Shown: in pieces, positions 19,127 to 29,277 of the stretch
Layout of the letters: the number at the start of each line of letters is the position of its first letter
How positions within the stretch are numbered: the first letter of the stretch is position 1
Source of the DNA: an uncultured Bacilli bacterium
GTDB lineage: Bacteria > Bacillota_I > Bacilli_A > RFN20 > CAG-288
Direction of reading: 5' to 3'
Length of the DNA stretch: 64,000 nucleotides
NCBI GenBank assembly: GCA_944371605.1
Contig: CALVXU010000030.1
Location: 52,187 to 116,186, forward strand
The notes under the pieces: generated by a model
Database searches by the model: none
What the model was told of the DNA's origin: nothing
The model's input: only the letters and a program-made list of their open reading frames with translations
Translations under genes and position numbers: made by a program

Positions 19127-20374
19127 ATGAATATTTTAGATGATTTAGAAAAACGTGGTCTATTAGATAATTTCTCTGATGAAGAAAAAATCCGCAAAAT
19201 GTTAGAAACTAAACAAACGATTTATTGCGGATTTGATCCTAGTGCTAAATCACTTCAGTTAGGTAATTTTATCATGATTACTATCCTTCAAAGATTGCAA
19301 GCGGCTGGCCATCGTGTCATTGCAGTTTTAGGTGGAGCCACCGGTATGATTGGTGATCCTTCTGGAAAAAAAGCTGAACGCCAATTTTTAGGAACCGAAC
19401 AAGTAAAACAAAATGCTGAAGCAATCAAAAAGCAATTAGAAAAATATATTGACACTTCCGACCAAGAAAAAGGGATGATAATCAACAACTTAGATAATTG
19501 GAAAGATATCAATGTTTTAACTTATCTTAGAGAATTTGGAAAATATTTTCAAATCGGATATATGTTATCAAAAGAAATCGTTAAGTCTCGTTTAGAAGCT
19601 GGAATTTCTTATGCAGAGTTTTCTTATATGATTCTGCAAGCTGGCGATTTTGATATTCTCTACAACAAGTATCACTGCACTATGCAATTCGGAGGCGGTG
19701 ATCAATGGGGGAATTTAACGACTGCCTTAGATTATTTACGCAAGAAAGAGGGGTCCGATGCAGAAGCCGAGGTATTCTCTTTTAAATTGATAACCGATTC
19801 TAATGGTAAGAAATTTGGAAAATCTGAGAACGGTGCCTTGTACTTAGATCCCGCAATGACCTCTCCATATAAAATTTACCAATATTTTATGAATGTCTCT
19901 GATAGCGATGTCTTAAAATATCTTTATATTTTTGATAAAAGACCTATCGAACAAATTAATGAAATATATAAAAACCATATGGAGCATCCGGAATTGCGCA
20001 ATGGACAAAAGGAGTTAGCTAGAGTTATTGTCAGTAGTTTACATGGTGAAGATGCTGCATCGCATTGTGAAAAAATGTCCAGTGCCTTATTCAAAGAAGA
20101 CTTCACTGGTTTAAAAGCTAGTGATTTAGAGCAATTAACTGAAGGATTAGTAGTGATATGCCCTTCTGATGATTTACCGATCTTAGATGCTCTTGTTCAA
20201 CTAAAACTTGCCTCTTCCAAAAGAGAAGCTAGAGATTTTGTCACTAATGGTGCTATCAAATTGAATGGTACAAAATGCACTGATATCAATACTGTTATCA
20301 CCAAAAAAATGGCATTAGAAGGATATCTCTTTGTTAAACGAGGTAAAAAATTATACGCTGTGCTTAAATACTAA
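19127..20374 (+). CDS. tyrS: Tyrosine--tRNA ligase
   Basis: 415 aa. Class I HIGH-type region (GFDPSAKSLQLGN), KFGKS (KMSKS) and a C-terminal S4 domain. Confidence 0.95.
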   Translation: MNILDDLEKRGLLDNFSDEEKIRKMLETKQTIYCGFDPSAKSLQLGNFIMITILQRLQAAGHRVIAVLGGATGMIGDPSGKKAERQFLGTEQVKQNAEAIKKQLEKYIDTSDQEKGMIINNLDNWKDINVLTYLREFGKYFQIGYMLSKEIVKSRLEAGISYAEFSYMILQAGDFDILYNKYHCTMQFGGGDQWGNLTTALDYLRKKEGSDAEAEVFSFKLITDSNGKKFGKSENGALYLDPAMTSPYKIYQYFMNVSDSDVLKYLYIFDKRPIEQINEIYKNHMEHPELRNGQKELARVIVSSLHGEDAASHCEKMSSALFKEDFTGLKASDLEQLTEGLVVICPSDDLPILDALVQLKLASSKREARDFVTNGAIKLNGTKCTDINTVITKKMALEGYLFVKRGKKLYAVLKY

Positions 20375-21411
20375 TCATCTAAAAAAGTTAATATTTTGTT
20401 TTTGATATCTTCATTATACGGATATTGTTCTACCCGATTAAGATTTAGAAGGAAGTCATCTTCCTTCTTTTTTCTTGTATTTTTGTCAGATTCTTTAAGA
20501 ATATCTTTGTAATTTTTGACTAGTACATGATAGTTATTTTGGCCTTCTTCCGTCAGCAAAGAATTATGCATACCATGTTCAGTGACATAAACAATGGCAT
20601 TTTTTCGCGGATGCTTTGCATAATATGTTGCCAACGAGTTCTTATAATCAATCATTTTGTCATTGTTTGCATATAAATAAAGAACTTTAGTTTTATGGTT
20701 TGTTTTTAATCCTCGTGTTCCTTTAGTGAAACATTTGAGACCGAAGAAAAAAAGATATGAGATGTATATTCCAGGCGTTATAAATACACTAAATTTCGGA
20801 AACTTCATTTTTAAAAGATTGAGACCAGCCCTAACAGGTGAAACAAATCCCGATCTAACAACTGCTTTTTTAACTACATCAGCATATTTTTTTAAAGCAC
20901 CAGAAACAGCATAACCACCCCATGAATGGCCATATAAATAAATAGGCAAATCACCATTAAGATGACGCTTAATAACATCATGAAGAACATTCTCTAAAAC
21001 ATAAATAGCAATGGATAAATTATCTTGATTTTTACCATCGCTCAATCCACATCCATATTGATCATAGGCAAGAATCAAATACCCAGCTTGAGCAAGCATA
21101 GAAATGTCGAGCAAATATTGAATGTGGGTACCAAAAAAGCCATGTGAAAGAACAATAAAGCCTTTTGGTTTTGTTGTTCTCTTGTCAGAATAAATATATC
21201 CGCGAATCGCCTTACCATAATACCCGCATTTATATTCTTTTCTTTGTAGAGATGGATAGTCTTCAAATCTTAAATAACAAGGATTATCCGGATCAGTCCC
21301 ACGAACCCAAAACAACTTCTTACACACGCGGAATAAGACAGCAAAACATAATAATAAATAGAAAAAGAAAATGATGATAAATACTATTAAAATAATGCCC
21401 CAAAGTTCCAT
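20371..21411 (-). CDS. Alpha/beta hydrolase with N-terminal TM anchor
   Basis: GHSWGG nucleophile elbow and an HG oxyanion-like LSHGFFG. Start placed at MELWGIILIVF (21411), because the longer GTG-initiated track ORF overlaps the clpB CIRCE and promoter. The start is uncertain. Confidence 0.65.
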   Translation of the reverse strand: MELWGIILIVFIIIFFFYLLLCFAVLFRVCKKLFWVRGTDPDNPCYLRFEDYPSLQRKEYKCGYYGKAIRGYIYSDKRTTKPKGFIVLSHGFFGTHIQYLLDISMLAQAGYLILAYDQYGCGLSDGKNQDNLSIAIYVLENVLHDVIKRHLNGDLPIYLYGHSWGGYAVSGALKKYADVVKKAVVRSGFVSPVRAGLNLLKMKFPKFSVFITPGIYISYLFFFGLKCFTKGTRGLKTNHKTKVLYLYANNDKMIDYKNSLATYYAKHPRKNAIVYVTEHGMHNSLLTEEGQNNYHVLVKNYKDILKESDKNTRKKKEDDFLLNLNRVEQYPYNEDIKNKILTFLDD

Positions 21412-21470
21412 GCGATAATTATATACTCGTATGCATAGAAGATAAAGAATAAAAGATGAAAAAGCAGTAA

Positions 21471-21497
21471 TTAGCACTCTTGACTTGAAAGTGCTAA
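21471..21497 (+). promoter_or_regulatory. CIRCE operator (HrcA binding site) upstream of clpB
   Basis: TTAGCACTC-N9-AAGTGCTAA against the consensus TTAGCACTC-N9-GAGTGCTAA (one mismatch). It overlaps the -35 of the clpB promoter. Confidence 0.8.
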
Positions 21498-21512
21498 TTT
21501 TATGGCTATAAT
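21485..21512 (+). promoter_or_regulatory. Sigma-A-type promoter of clpB
   Basis: TTGAAA, 16-nt spacer, TATAAT. The AGGAGG Shine-Dalgarno site and ATG at 21537 lie downstream. Confidence 0.5.
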
Positions 21513-21536
21513 ATTAAATGCAAGGAGGTAAATCCT

Positions 21537-24092
21537 ATGTCAGATGAACAAAAATATACAACTCGTGTGGTAGAAGCCATCAATAAAAGTGCACAGATTG
21601 CAAAAGATTATCGTTTGCCTAGTGTTGATGTCCCCTGTCTTTTAAGAGCTCTTTATGATCAAGATGATAGTTTTTATGTCAATGTTTTAAAAAGATTAGA
21701 AATTGATCCAAAGCTTATTTCTCAAACAATTGATAATTATTTGAATAATTCTGTTAAAACAACTTCCAATGTTGAGCCTGACTTTTCAAGTGACGTTAAG
21801 AATATTTTATATTCAGCAAGCAAGTATGAAAAACAGATGAGCGACGAATATATGTCTGTTGAGCACTTGCTTTTAGCTCAATTCGACTGCAAACATTCAT
21901 TAATAGATAAGTTATCAAAGGTTCCTAATTATAATAAAGCCTCATTCAATAAAGCGATTTTGGCCATTCGTGGTAACAACCATGTCACTAGCGATCACCC
22001 CGAAATTCAGTACGAAGCTCTAAAAAAATATGGTCGGGACTTAGTGAGTGATGTCTCATCTGGAAAAATCGACCCTGTTATCGGAAGAGACAATGAAATA
22101 CGACGAGTCATGGAGATTTTATCTAGAAAGAGTAAAAATAATCCTGTTCTCATCGGTGATCCTGGCGTCGGTAAAACTGCTGTAGTCGAGGGTTTAGCTT
22201 GGAGAATATTTAAAGGTGATGTTCCAGAAACGCTGAAAGATAAAACTATTTTTGAACTCAATGTCGGCTCACTTATAGCAGGTGCAAAATATCGTGGTGA
22301 ATTCGAAGAACGCATCAAAGCTGTAATGAAAGAAGTTGCTGAAAGCGAAGGTCGCATAATCCTTTTCATCGATGAAATACACACTCTTATCGGGGCAGGA
22401 TCTGGCGGTGATTCATCTTTAGATGCTGCAAATATTTTAAAACCGATGCTAGCTAGAGGTGAATTGCACTGCATCGGTGCAACAACAGTCAATGAATATC
22501 GAAAATATATTGAAAAGGACCCTGCATTCGCTAGACGTATGCAAAAAGTTTTAATCGATGAACCGACAGTCGAAGATACTATTGCGATATTACGAGGTAT
22601 AAAAGATCGATATGAACAGCATCATGGAGTCGACATCACTGATGATGCCTTGATTTCTGCAGTGACACTTTCCAAAAGATATATCACTGATAGATTTCTA
22701 CCAGATAAAGCTATCGATTTAATCGATGAAGCCTGCGCCAAAATTCGTATGCAAATCGATACTATGCCTGAGGAATTAGATGAAGTATCTAGAAAATTGA
22801 TGCAATTACAAATCGAAAAAGTTTCATTAACTAAAGATAATTCAGATACTGCTAAACAACGACTGATTAATATGGAAAAAGAAATCGCTGAATTAAAGCA
22901 GAAAAAAGATAGTTTAACTGCAACTTGGAAAGCTGAAAAACAAGATGCTGAGAAACAAAAATCCATCAAAAAAGAATTGGATGTCGCAAAGCTTAATTTA
23001 GAAAAAGCGATGGCCGATGCTGATTATCTAACTGCCGCAAAATTACAAAATCAAGATATCCCTGAGTTAGAAGCAAAGTTGAAGCAGGCAGCTAGTAATA
23101 CTAAAAATGCTACTATGCTCTCAGACGAAGTGACGACTGAAACAGTCGCTGAAGTCGTTTCGTCTTGGACTGGCATACCTGTCAACAAATTGACATTATC
23201 CGAATCTCAAAAATTACTTTCTTTAAAAGATGAACTTCAAAAAAGAGTGATAGGACAAGACGAAGCTTTAACACAAATATCTAACGCTATAATCCGTTCA
23301 AGAGCTGGCCTTTCTGATCAGAATAGACCGATTGGTTCGTTCCTATTCTTAGGCCCAACTGGCGTTGGAAAAACGGAAGTTGCTAAAGCATTAGCTGAGC
23401 AATTATTCGACTCAGAAAAACAGATAGTCCGAATAGATATGTCGGAATATATGGAAAAAGAATCAGTCAGTCGTCTTGTCGGTGCAGCACCTGGTTATGT
23501 CGGATATGAAGAAGGTGGTCAATTGACTGAAGCAGTCAAGCGAAAACCATATTCAATTGTTCTCTTTGATGAGATTGAAAAAGCTTATCCTGATGTATTC
23601 AATGTACTGTTACAAGTGCTAGATGATGGCCGTCTCACTGATGGTCAAGGTAGAACTGTCGATTTTTCAAATACGATAATCATCATGACTTCTAATCTCG
23701 GATCTGAGTATCTTTTAAATGGCAATGATGAAAAAGAACGCGAACAAGTCAATAAATTACTGAAGATGACTTTTAAGCCAGAATTTTTAAATCGTATTGA
23801 TGAGATAGTCATGTTCAATTCACTTACTGAAGATGTTATAGATAAAATTATTGTTAAATTTTTGAATCTATTGAAGCAGAAATTACAGTCAAATGATATA
23901 TCTTTAAATTATGATGAAAAAGCTATCCATTACATACATGAAAATTCATTCGATGCTGTATATGGAGCTAGACCTATTAGGCGATATATACAAAATCATG
24001 TTGAAACTCCGATTGCCACTATGATTTTATCGAATGATCAACATGGGGTTATCAATTTGACCAGTGATGGTAAAAAGTTAATCTTAAATTAA
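21537..24092 (+). CDS. clpB: ATP-dependent chaperone ClpB
   Basis: 851 aa. Two AAA+ modules (GDPGVGKT, GPTGVGKTE) with a long coiled-coil middle domain. Confidence 0.95.
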   Translation: MSDEQKYTTRVVEAINKSAQIAKDYRLPSVDVPCLLRALYDQDDSFYVNVLKRLEIDPKLISQTIDNYLNNSVKTTSNVEPDFSSDVKNILYSASKYEKQMSDEYMSVEHLLLAQFDCKHSLIDKLSKVPNYNKASFNKAILAIRGNNHVTSDHPEIQYEALKKYGRDLVSDVSSGKIDPVIGRDNEIRRVMEILSRKSKNNPVLIGDPGVGKTAVVEGLAWRIFKGDVPETLKDKTIFELNVGSLIAGAKYRGEFEERIKAVMKEVAESEGRIILFIDEIHTLIGAGSGGDSSLDAANILKPMLARGELHCIGATTVNEYRKYIEKDPAFARRMQKVLIDEPTVEDTIAILRGIKDRYEQHHGVDITDDALISAVTLSKRYITDRFLPDKAIDLIDEACAKIRMQIDTMPEELDEVSRKLMQLQIEKVSLTKDNSDTAKQRLINMEKEIAELKQKKDSLTATWKAEKQDAEKQKSIKKELDVAKLNLEKAMADADYLTAAKLQNQDIPELEAKLKQAASNTKNATMLSDEVTTETVAEVVSSWTGIPVNKLTLSESQKLLSLKDELQKRVIGQDEALTQISNAIIRSRAGLSDQNRPIGSFLFLGPTGVGKTEVAKALAEQLFDSEKQIVRIDMSEYMEKESVSRLVGAAPGYVGYEEGGQLTEAVKRKPYSIVLFDEIEKAYPDVFNVLLQVLDDGRLTDGQGRTVDFSNTIIIMTSNLGSEYLLNGNDEKEREQVNKLLKMTFKPEFLNRIDEIVMFNSLTEDVIDKIIVKFLNLLKQKLQSNDISLNYDEKAIHYIHENSFDAVYGARPIRRYIQNHVETPIATMILSNDQHGVINLTSDGKKLILN

Positions 24093-24135
24093 ATTTAAAA
24101 AACTATAACTGAGCTTATCAATCATTTTGACCAAG

Positions 24136-24786
24136 TCAAGTTATAGTTTTTTTAAAGCTACAAATCTCACATAAAGGGCAAGTTGAGCACTTAGGATTTT
24201 TGGCTGTACAAATCTCACGTCCAAAAAGAATCAAACGCCTATGAAGATTGATATCCCCTTTATCTTTATAGATTTTTTCTAAGATTATTTCGCTTTGTTC
24301 AGGTGTAGTCCCTGTTTTGACAAGTCCTAATCTTTGACTGACGCGATGAACGTGCGTATCAACAGGAATATATTTTTGATTATATAACTCACCTAATACA
24401 ACAGCAGATGTCTTGATGCCAACCCCTTTGAATTTTAATAGTTCTTCTCGAGATTCCGGTACTTTCCCACCATATTCGGTGATGAGCTTGTGACTGGCTT
24501 GAATCAAAAACTCTGATTTATTGTTCGCTAGTCCAACCTTTTTAATACATTTGATAATTTCACCTTTTTGCGCTCGTTGATAAGACTCTAAATTCGGATA
24601 CAAAGAAAATAGAATAGCCGTTGCTTCATTAACAGCTTTGTCAGTCGACTGCGCTGATAAGATGACAGCAAATAATAATTCATAGTCTTTAGTGTAGTGT
24701 AAAAAACAAGAGGTTGTGGGGTATAGTTTTTCTAATGTATCATAGATGATATCTTTTCTAATTGTTAAAGTTATTCGTCCAGTCAT
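24136..24786 (-). CDS. nth: Endonuclease III
   Basis: 216 aa. HhH-GPD (LLKFKGVGIKTSAVV) and a C-terminal 4Fe-4S cluster CxxxxxxCxxCxxxxxC. Confidence 0.9.
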   Translation of the reverse strand: MTGRITLTIRKDIIYDTLEKLYPTTSCFLHYTKDYELLFAVILSAQSTDKAVNEATAILFSLYPNLESYQRAQKGEIIKCIKKVGLANNKSEFLIQASHKLITEYGGKVPESREELLKFKGVGIKTSAVVLGELYNQKYIPVDTHVHRVSQRLGLVKTGTTPEQSEIILEKIYKDKGDINLHRRLILFGREICTAKNPKCSTCPLCEICSFKKTIT

Positions 24787-25402
24787 AATTCAAAATATCA
24801 CGAATTTTATCTTGCTTTCTTGTATCTTCGTTCACTGTCGATGTGCCAATAGCTTTACGACTTTGACTGCGTTCCAATTCCAAAATGATCTTATCAGCTC
24901 TTTTAAATGAGATATCACCAGATTTGGTCAAACTTTTTTGACATGCTTCTTTGATCTGTTCTTCGCTAGCACCTTCTTTTAACCAATTAGTGACCATATC
25001 TCTTTCAATAGGAGACAATGTTCGTCCAATAAACTTTTCAATGTATTCATATAACGAGCCATCTGCTTGTACAGTTTCTTCAGTCGAAGAGTGTAAATAC
25101 AAATCCTTCTTTAAGTCATCAAACAATTTTGATTTGAAAGACTCTAGAGAAAAGCGCATCGTTTGGTCATTTAAGACCAAATACTTTTTTTCCAATAATT
25201 TGTTTAATGAGATATCTAAATCATCTTTTTTGGCACTCATATAAGAAGAGAGAATATCGCATGTGATGATCGTTTCACTTTCTAATTTCAAAATCAAATC
25301 TGAGATGAACAAAACCATCACATCAAGTTCGTTTAAGCCATAATTCTGGTATCTTTTTAATAAAATATTTTTCCAATCGATATCATGATAAGTGATTGTC
25401 AT
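24758..25402 (-). CDS. dnaD: DnaD-domain replication initiation protein
   Basis: 214 aa. DnaD-like C-terminal region (LSPIERDMVTNWL). The dnaD-nth adjacency is as in Bacillus. Confidence 0.7.
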   Translation of the reverse strand: MTITYHDIDWKNILLKRYQNYGLNELDVMVLFISDLILKLESETIITCDILSSYMSAKKDDLDISLNKLLEKKYLVLNDQTMRFSLESFKSKLFDDLKKDLYLHSSTEETVQADGSLYEYIEKFIGRTLSPIERDMVTNWLKEGASEEQIKEACQKSLTKSGDISFKRADKIILELERSQSRKAIGTSTVNEDTRKQDKIRDILNYDWTNNFNN

Positions 25403-25415
25403 ATCTTGCCTCGTT

Positions 25416-25445
25416 TAAAAAGGAGCTGCTCACCAAGCAGCTCCG
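25416..25445 (-). terminator. Rho-independent terminator after hup
   Basis: Minus-strand GGAGCTGCT-tggtg-AGCAGCTCC followed by TTTT. Confidence 0.7.
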
Positions 25446-25456
25446 TTCAGTCAAAT

Positions 25457-25762
25457 TTACTTATTATTGATGAGATCTTTAAGAGTCTTAGAAGGTTTGA
25501 ATTTAACAGCTTTGCTGGCTGGAATTTGAATTTTCTTACCAGGATCAGAAGGATTAACACCTTCGCGGGCTTGTCTTTCAGTAAGCGTAAAAGTACCGAA
25601 CCCTGCGATCTTAACAGTGCCAAACTCAGGATTTACTAATCCGTTAGCGATGAGAGCAAAAATCATTTCAACTGCTCTAAGAGCTTCGCCCTTTTGCATA
25701 CGACCTTCTTGAGCTAATTGGGTAGCTAAATCATCTTTAGTTATTGTCTTTTGATCATTCAT
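25457..25762 (-). CDS. hup: DNA-binding protein HU
   Basis: Start set at MNDQKTITKDDL behind an AAAGGTGGAA Shine-Dalgarno site. GFGTFxxxxRxAREGxNP...I is the HU signature. Confidence 0.9.
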   Translation of the reverse strand: MNDQKTITKDDLATQLAQEGRMQKGEALRAVEMIFALIANGLVNPEFGTVKIAGFGTFTLTERQAREGVNPSDPGKKIQIPASKAVKFKPSKTLKDLINNK

Positions 25763-25841
25763 ATGAACAATTCCACCTTTCAAGAATAAAATAACACAGC
25801 AATTATTTGAATGCAAGAAAATATCGATAGAATCGCACTTT

Positions 25842-26840
25842 TTAGCTCTCGCTCTTAAGCGCGCGCAGCATCAATTGATTTGAAATATCACTCGGCCTAG
25901 CATTCAAAAACAAAACTTGATAGATGGCTTCTGTGATCGGCATATCTATATTTTTCTCTTTTGCAATCTCATGCACATATTTAGAAGTATATACGCCTTC
26001 AACAGTCATCGTGTTATCAGCTAAAACTTTTTCTGCCGAATCGGCTTTACCAATAGCATAACCTAAAGAGCAATTACGAGATTTTAAAGAATTACAAGTG
26101 AGCGAAAGATCGCCGATACCAGATAGACCGAGAAAAGTTTCTGGACGAGCGCCAAAAGCCGTTCCAAATCGCATTATTTCAGCTATACCTCTTGTGACTA
26201 AAGCAGCTTTAGCATTTTCTTCTTCTCCTAGTCCTAATAAAATACCAGAGGCGATAGCGATGACATTCTTTAGAGCAGCAGCGATTTCTGCACCAGTTTC
26301 ATCTGAGTTAGTATAAACACGAAATTCTGGTCCAGAAAAAAGCTTTTGAATGAATGAAGCATCTTCTAAAGATACCGAGCTAGCAGAGATACAAGTCAAT
26401 TTTTGTCTGATGACTTCCTCAGCATAAGAAGGCCCGAGCAAAGAGACGATCTCATACCTTTTTGCTTGTGGAATCTCTTCCCTCAAAACTTGTGATAAAC
26501 GCTTGAAAGTCAAAGGATCAAATCCCTTTGCTGTTGACACAATATAAACTTTTTTATTCAGTAAAGAAGAAACTTCTTTTGCCATTTGACGATAAAATTT
26601 GGATGGCAAAGAGAAGATTACGACATCAGCATCAGCGATAGCATCAGTCAGCACAGGTACAAACTTTAATGAATGGACTAATTCCACTTCAGAGAAGTGA
26701 AGAGGATTATGATGTGTCGCATTTATCGCCTCATAAATCGGATTTTTGTCATATATATAAACATCATATCCTCTATTAGCTAAAAGATTGCTCAATGCAG
26801 TTCCCCAAGCACCAGCTCCAATAGTAGTTATTTTCATCAT
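25842..26840 (-). CDS. gpsA: NAD(P)H-dependent glycerol-3-phosphate dehydrogenase
   Basis: 332 aa. GAGAWGTAL Rossmann motif and GpsA-typical downstream sequence. ATGA overlap with the der stop. Confidence 0.9.
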   Translation of the reverse strand: MMKITTIGAGAWGTALSNLLANRGYDVYIYDKNPIYEAINATHHNPLHFSEVELVHSLKFVPVLTDAIADADVVIFSLPSKFYRQMAKEVSSLLNKKVYIVSTAKGFDPLTFKRLSQVLREEIPQAKRYEIVSLLGPSYAEEVIRQKLTCISASSVSLEDASFIQKLFSGPEFRVYTNSDETGAEIAAALKNVIAIASGILLGLGEEENAKAALVTRGIAEIMRFGTAFGARPETFLGLSGIGDLSLTCNSLKSRNCSLGYAIGKADSAEKVLADNTMTVEGVYTSKYVHEIAKEKNIDMPITEAIYQVLFLNARPSDISNQLMLRALKSES

Positions 26841-28168
26841 TTAAGCTCCTCTAAGCCATTTCGCTTTCCCCGTATGATCAACTTTATCGGACAATTATTA
26901 AAACCGAATGTTTCGCGAATGACATTTTCTAAGTATCTTTGATATGAAAAATGGAAGTAATTAGGATTGTTACAGAATAAGATAAAGGTCGGTGGAACTT
27001 CATCGCTTTGAGTACAATATGAAATTCGCAATCTACCTCCATTAAAATCCGGAGCTTCATTATCCATTTGGGCTTTTAAAATAGTAGAGTTGAGCAACGA
27101 AGATGGCACTTTTTTGTGCATATTAGCTTCAACTTCATTTAAAGCATTAAATATACGATGGATGTTAGTGCCATTTTTAGCCGAACAAAAAACCACTGGT
27201 GCATAGTCGAGAAATTTGAAATAGCTCTTGATTTCCTTAGTGAACTTTAACTGTGAATCTTGTTCATGCGAATGCAAATCCCATTTGTTGACGATGATGA
27301 TAATCGGTTTATTATTGTCAATCGCATATGAGGAAACATGAATATCTTGACTGACTAACCCTTCATCAGCGTCGATGAGAAGCAAAATGATATCCGCCCT
27401 TTTACAAGCATCAGCACTTCTGATAACAGCAAATTTATCTAAATCTTCAGCCACTTTTCCAGGGCGTTTGATACCGGCAGTATCAATCATCACATAGCGT
27501 TTCTTATCACGTGTGAACTGAATATCAACGCTATCTCTCGTCGTTCCAGAAAGAGGTGAAACAATGACACGCTCATATCCTAGGATTTTATTTGCTAAAG
27601 AAGATTTACCGACATTCGGACGACCTAACAACGCGAAAGTCAAAGCGCCTTCATAAGGATTCTTCTTAGTTTTAGGAAGCCTTTTGATCACTTCATCGAG
27701 AAGATCTCCTAGTCCTAGCCCATGTTCAGCCGAGATCGGATAAGGATTATCAAATCCTAATGAATAGAACTCAAAAGTATTGTTGATCAGTGTGCTATCA
27801 TCAATTTTATTGACACATAAAAGAACCTTATCTTTATAAGGATAGAGTTTTTTAGCAACATAATAATCGCTATTAGTTAATCCAGCGCGTCCATCTACTA
27901 CAAATAAAATGACATCAGCTTCTTGGCAGCCTAGTTCTACTTGAGCCTGGACTTCTTTTTGAAAAGGAATATTCTCACCTGTGATACCACCTGTGTCGAT
28001 GATTGTAAAAGTTTTATCTAACCAATGACCCTCACCATAATTGCGATCACGAGTGATCCCGCGCTGTTTGCCAGTAATCTCCTTTCTCGAATCGGTCAAG
28101 CGATTAAAAAGAGTTGATTTACCGCTTGAAGGAGTACCGATCAAAGCTACTTTTCCGTATTGTTCCAT
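26837..28168 (-). CDS. der: Ribosome-biogenesis GTPase Der (EngA)
   Basis: 443 aa. Two tandem GTPase domains (GTPSSGKSTLFN, GRPNVGKSSLAN) plus a KH-like C-terminus. Confidence 0.95.
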   Translation of the reverse strand: MEQYGKVALIGTPSSGKSTLFNRLTDSRKEITGKQRGITRDRNYGEGHWLDKTFTIIDTGGITGENIPFQKEVQAQVELGCQEADVILFVVDGRAGLTNSDYYVAKKLYPYKDKVLLCVNKIDDSTLINNTFEFYSLGFDNPYPISAEHGLGLGDLLDEVIKRLPKTKKNPYEGALTFALLGRPNVGKSSLANKILGYERVIVSPLSGTTRDSVDIQFTRDKKRYVMIDTAGIKRPGKVAEDLDKFAVIRSADACKRADIILLLIDADEGLVSQDIHVSSYAIDNNKPIIIIVNKWDLHSHEQDSQLKFTKEIKSYFKFLDYAPVVFCSAKNGTNIHRIFNALNEVEANMHKKVPSSLLNSTILKAQMDNEAPDFNGGRLRISYCTQSDEVPPTFILFCNNPNYFHFSYQRYLENVIRETFGFNNCPIKLIIRGKRNGLEELK

Positions 28169-28836
28169 ATATCACCAACTTTCTGATAAAAAAGTGTAAT
28201 AATAGCGTTAATCTCCTCTTCGATAGTCATATCTGAAGTATCGAGGACGATTGCATCTTCAGCAGGCCTTAGTGGCGAGTGTTCTCGATGGGAGTCGATA
28301 TAATCTCTTCTGATCAAATCTTGCTTGATTTCCTCGTAGGTGATTTTTAAGCCTTGCTCGATAAATTCGTCATATCTTCTTTTTGCTCGAGCATCAACGG
28401 AAGCGATTTGATAAATCTTTAAGTCAGCATCAGGCAAAACCACAGTTCCGATATCTCTTCCATCCATGACGACATTTTCACTTCTAGCCATCTCTTGTTG
28501 CAAAGAAACTAATTTTTCTCTGACGCACAAATGGGCGCACGCATAAGATACATTATTAGTCACTTCCAAACTGCGAACTTCTGAAGAAACGTCTTCACCA
28601 TTGAGAAAAATATGCCCTTCTTTGTCTTCTTTTAACTTGAGAGATGGCAAAAGTTTTTGGGCATCTTCCTCACTTTTAGGATTTAGATGTTCGCTCAACA
28701 TATAATGGGTAAAAGCACGATACATCGCACCGGTATCGATATATAAGAATTGTAATTTTTTAGCAACACCTTTGGCGGCTGTCGATTTACCGCTTGCAGC
28801 CGGGCCGTCAATAGCGATCGAATAAAATTGTTTCAT
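28147..28836 (-). CDS. cmk: Cytidylate kinase
   Basis: 229 aa. IAIDGPAASGKST P-loop and DGRDIGT. Confidence 0.9.
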   Translation of the reverse strand: MKQFYSIAIDGPAASGKSTAAKGVAKKLQFLYIDTGAMYRAFTHYMLSEHLNPKSEEDAQKLLPSLKLKEDKEGHIFLNGEDVSSEVRSLEVTNNVSYACAHLCVREKLVSLQQEMARSENVVMDGRDIGTVVLPDADLKIYQIASVDARAKRRYDEFIEQGLKITYEEIKQDLIRRDYIDSHREHSPLRPAEDAIVLDTSDMTIEEEINAIITLFYQKVGDIWNNTEK

Positions 28837-29228
28837 TTAAAGACTCCTGTAAAAACAAGAACGATTAATACAGCGATGACTAAACATAATATGATGAGTA
28901 GAAGCCAAGCAAAATTGCTTAAAGAAAAAGAAAAAGGCTTATGTTCTCCTCTTTTCATGGCTTTATATCGATGTTTGGTCTCTCTTCTTTGACTATTAGA
29001 ATCATAAGCTTCATGCTCTTTGACCAATTCATCAATCGATAAAGATAATGTGTTTCTCTTAATGCCATCAGTATATTTTTTCTCAACTACTTGTGAATTA
29101 GTGCTATGAGCAGAACTCTCGGGTAATTTCTTTTTAGTCGTAGGCGTATCTTCGAAAGAATATACATCCATATTGGAGATTTGTTTGCGTAAGTCTGCAT
29201 ATTTTATAACACGACTCTTATTTTCCAT
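28833..29228 (-). CDS. Hypothetical tail-anchored membrane protein
   Basis: 131 aa. Charged N-terminal part and a single C-terminal TM (FAWLLLIILCLVIAVLIVLVF). ATGA overlap with cmk. Confidence 0.4.
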   Translation of the reverse strand: MENKSRVIKYADLRKQISNMDVYSFEDTPTTKKKLPESSAHSTNSQVVEKKYTDGIKRNTLSLSIDELVKEHEAYDSNSQRRETKHRYKAMKRGEHKPFSFSLSNFAWLLLIILCLVIAVLIVLVFTGVFK

Positions 29229-29277
29229 AACAAACCTCCTCTCTAAATATTATAGTTTATGTCTTGAGTAAAAATCA

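Noticed and set aside
21412-21440. Possible leaderless mRNA for the alpha/beta hydrolase: on the minus strand a TATAAT lies 7 nt upstream of ATG 21411.
   Set aside because: No acceptable -35 is present and the true start codon is itself uncertain. The evidence is insufficient.
24101-24148. AACTATAACT ... AGTTATAGTT inverted repeat after clpB as a terminator.
   Set aside because: The loop is ~28 nt and the 3' arm lies inside the nth coding end. It may weakly terminate transcription, but it is not convincing enough to annotate.
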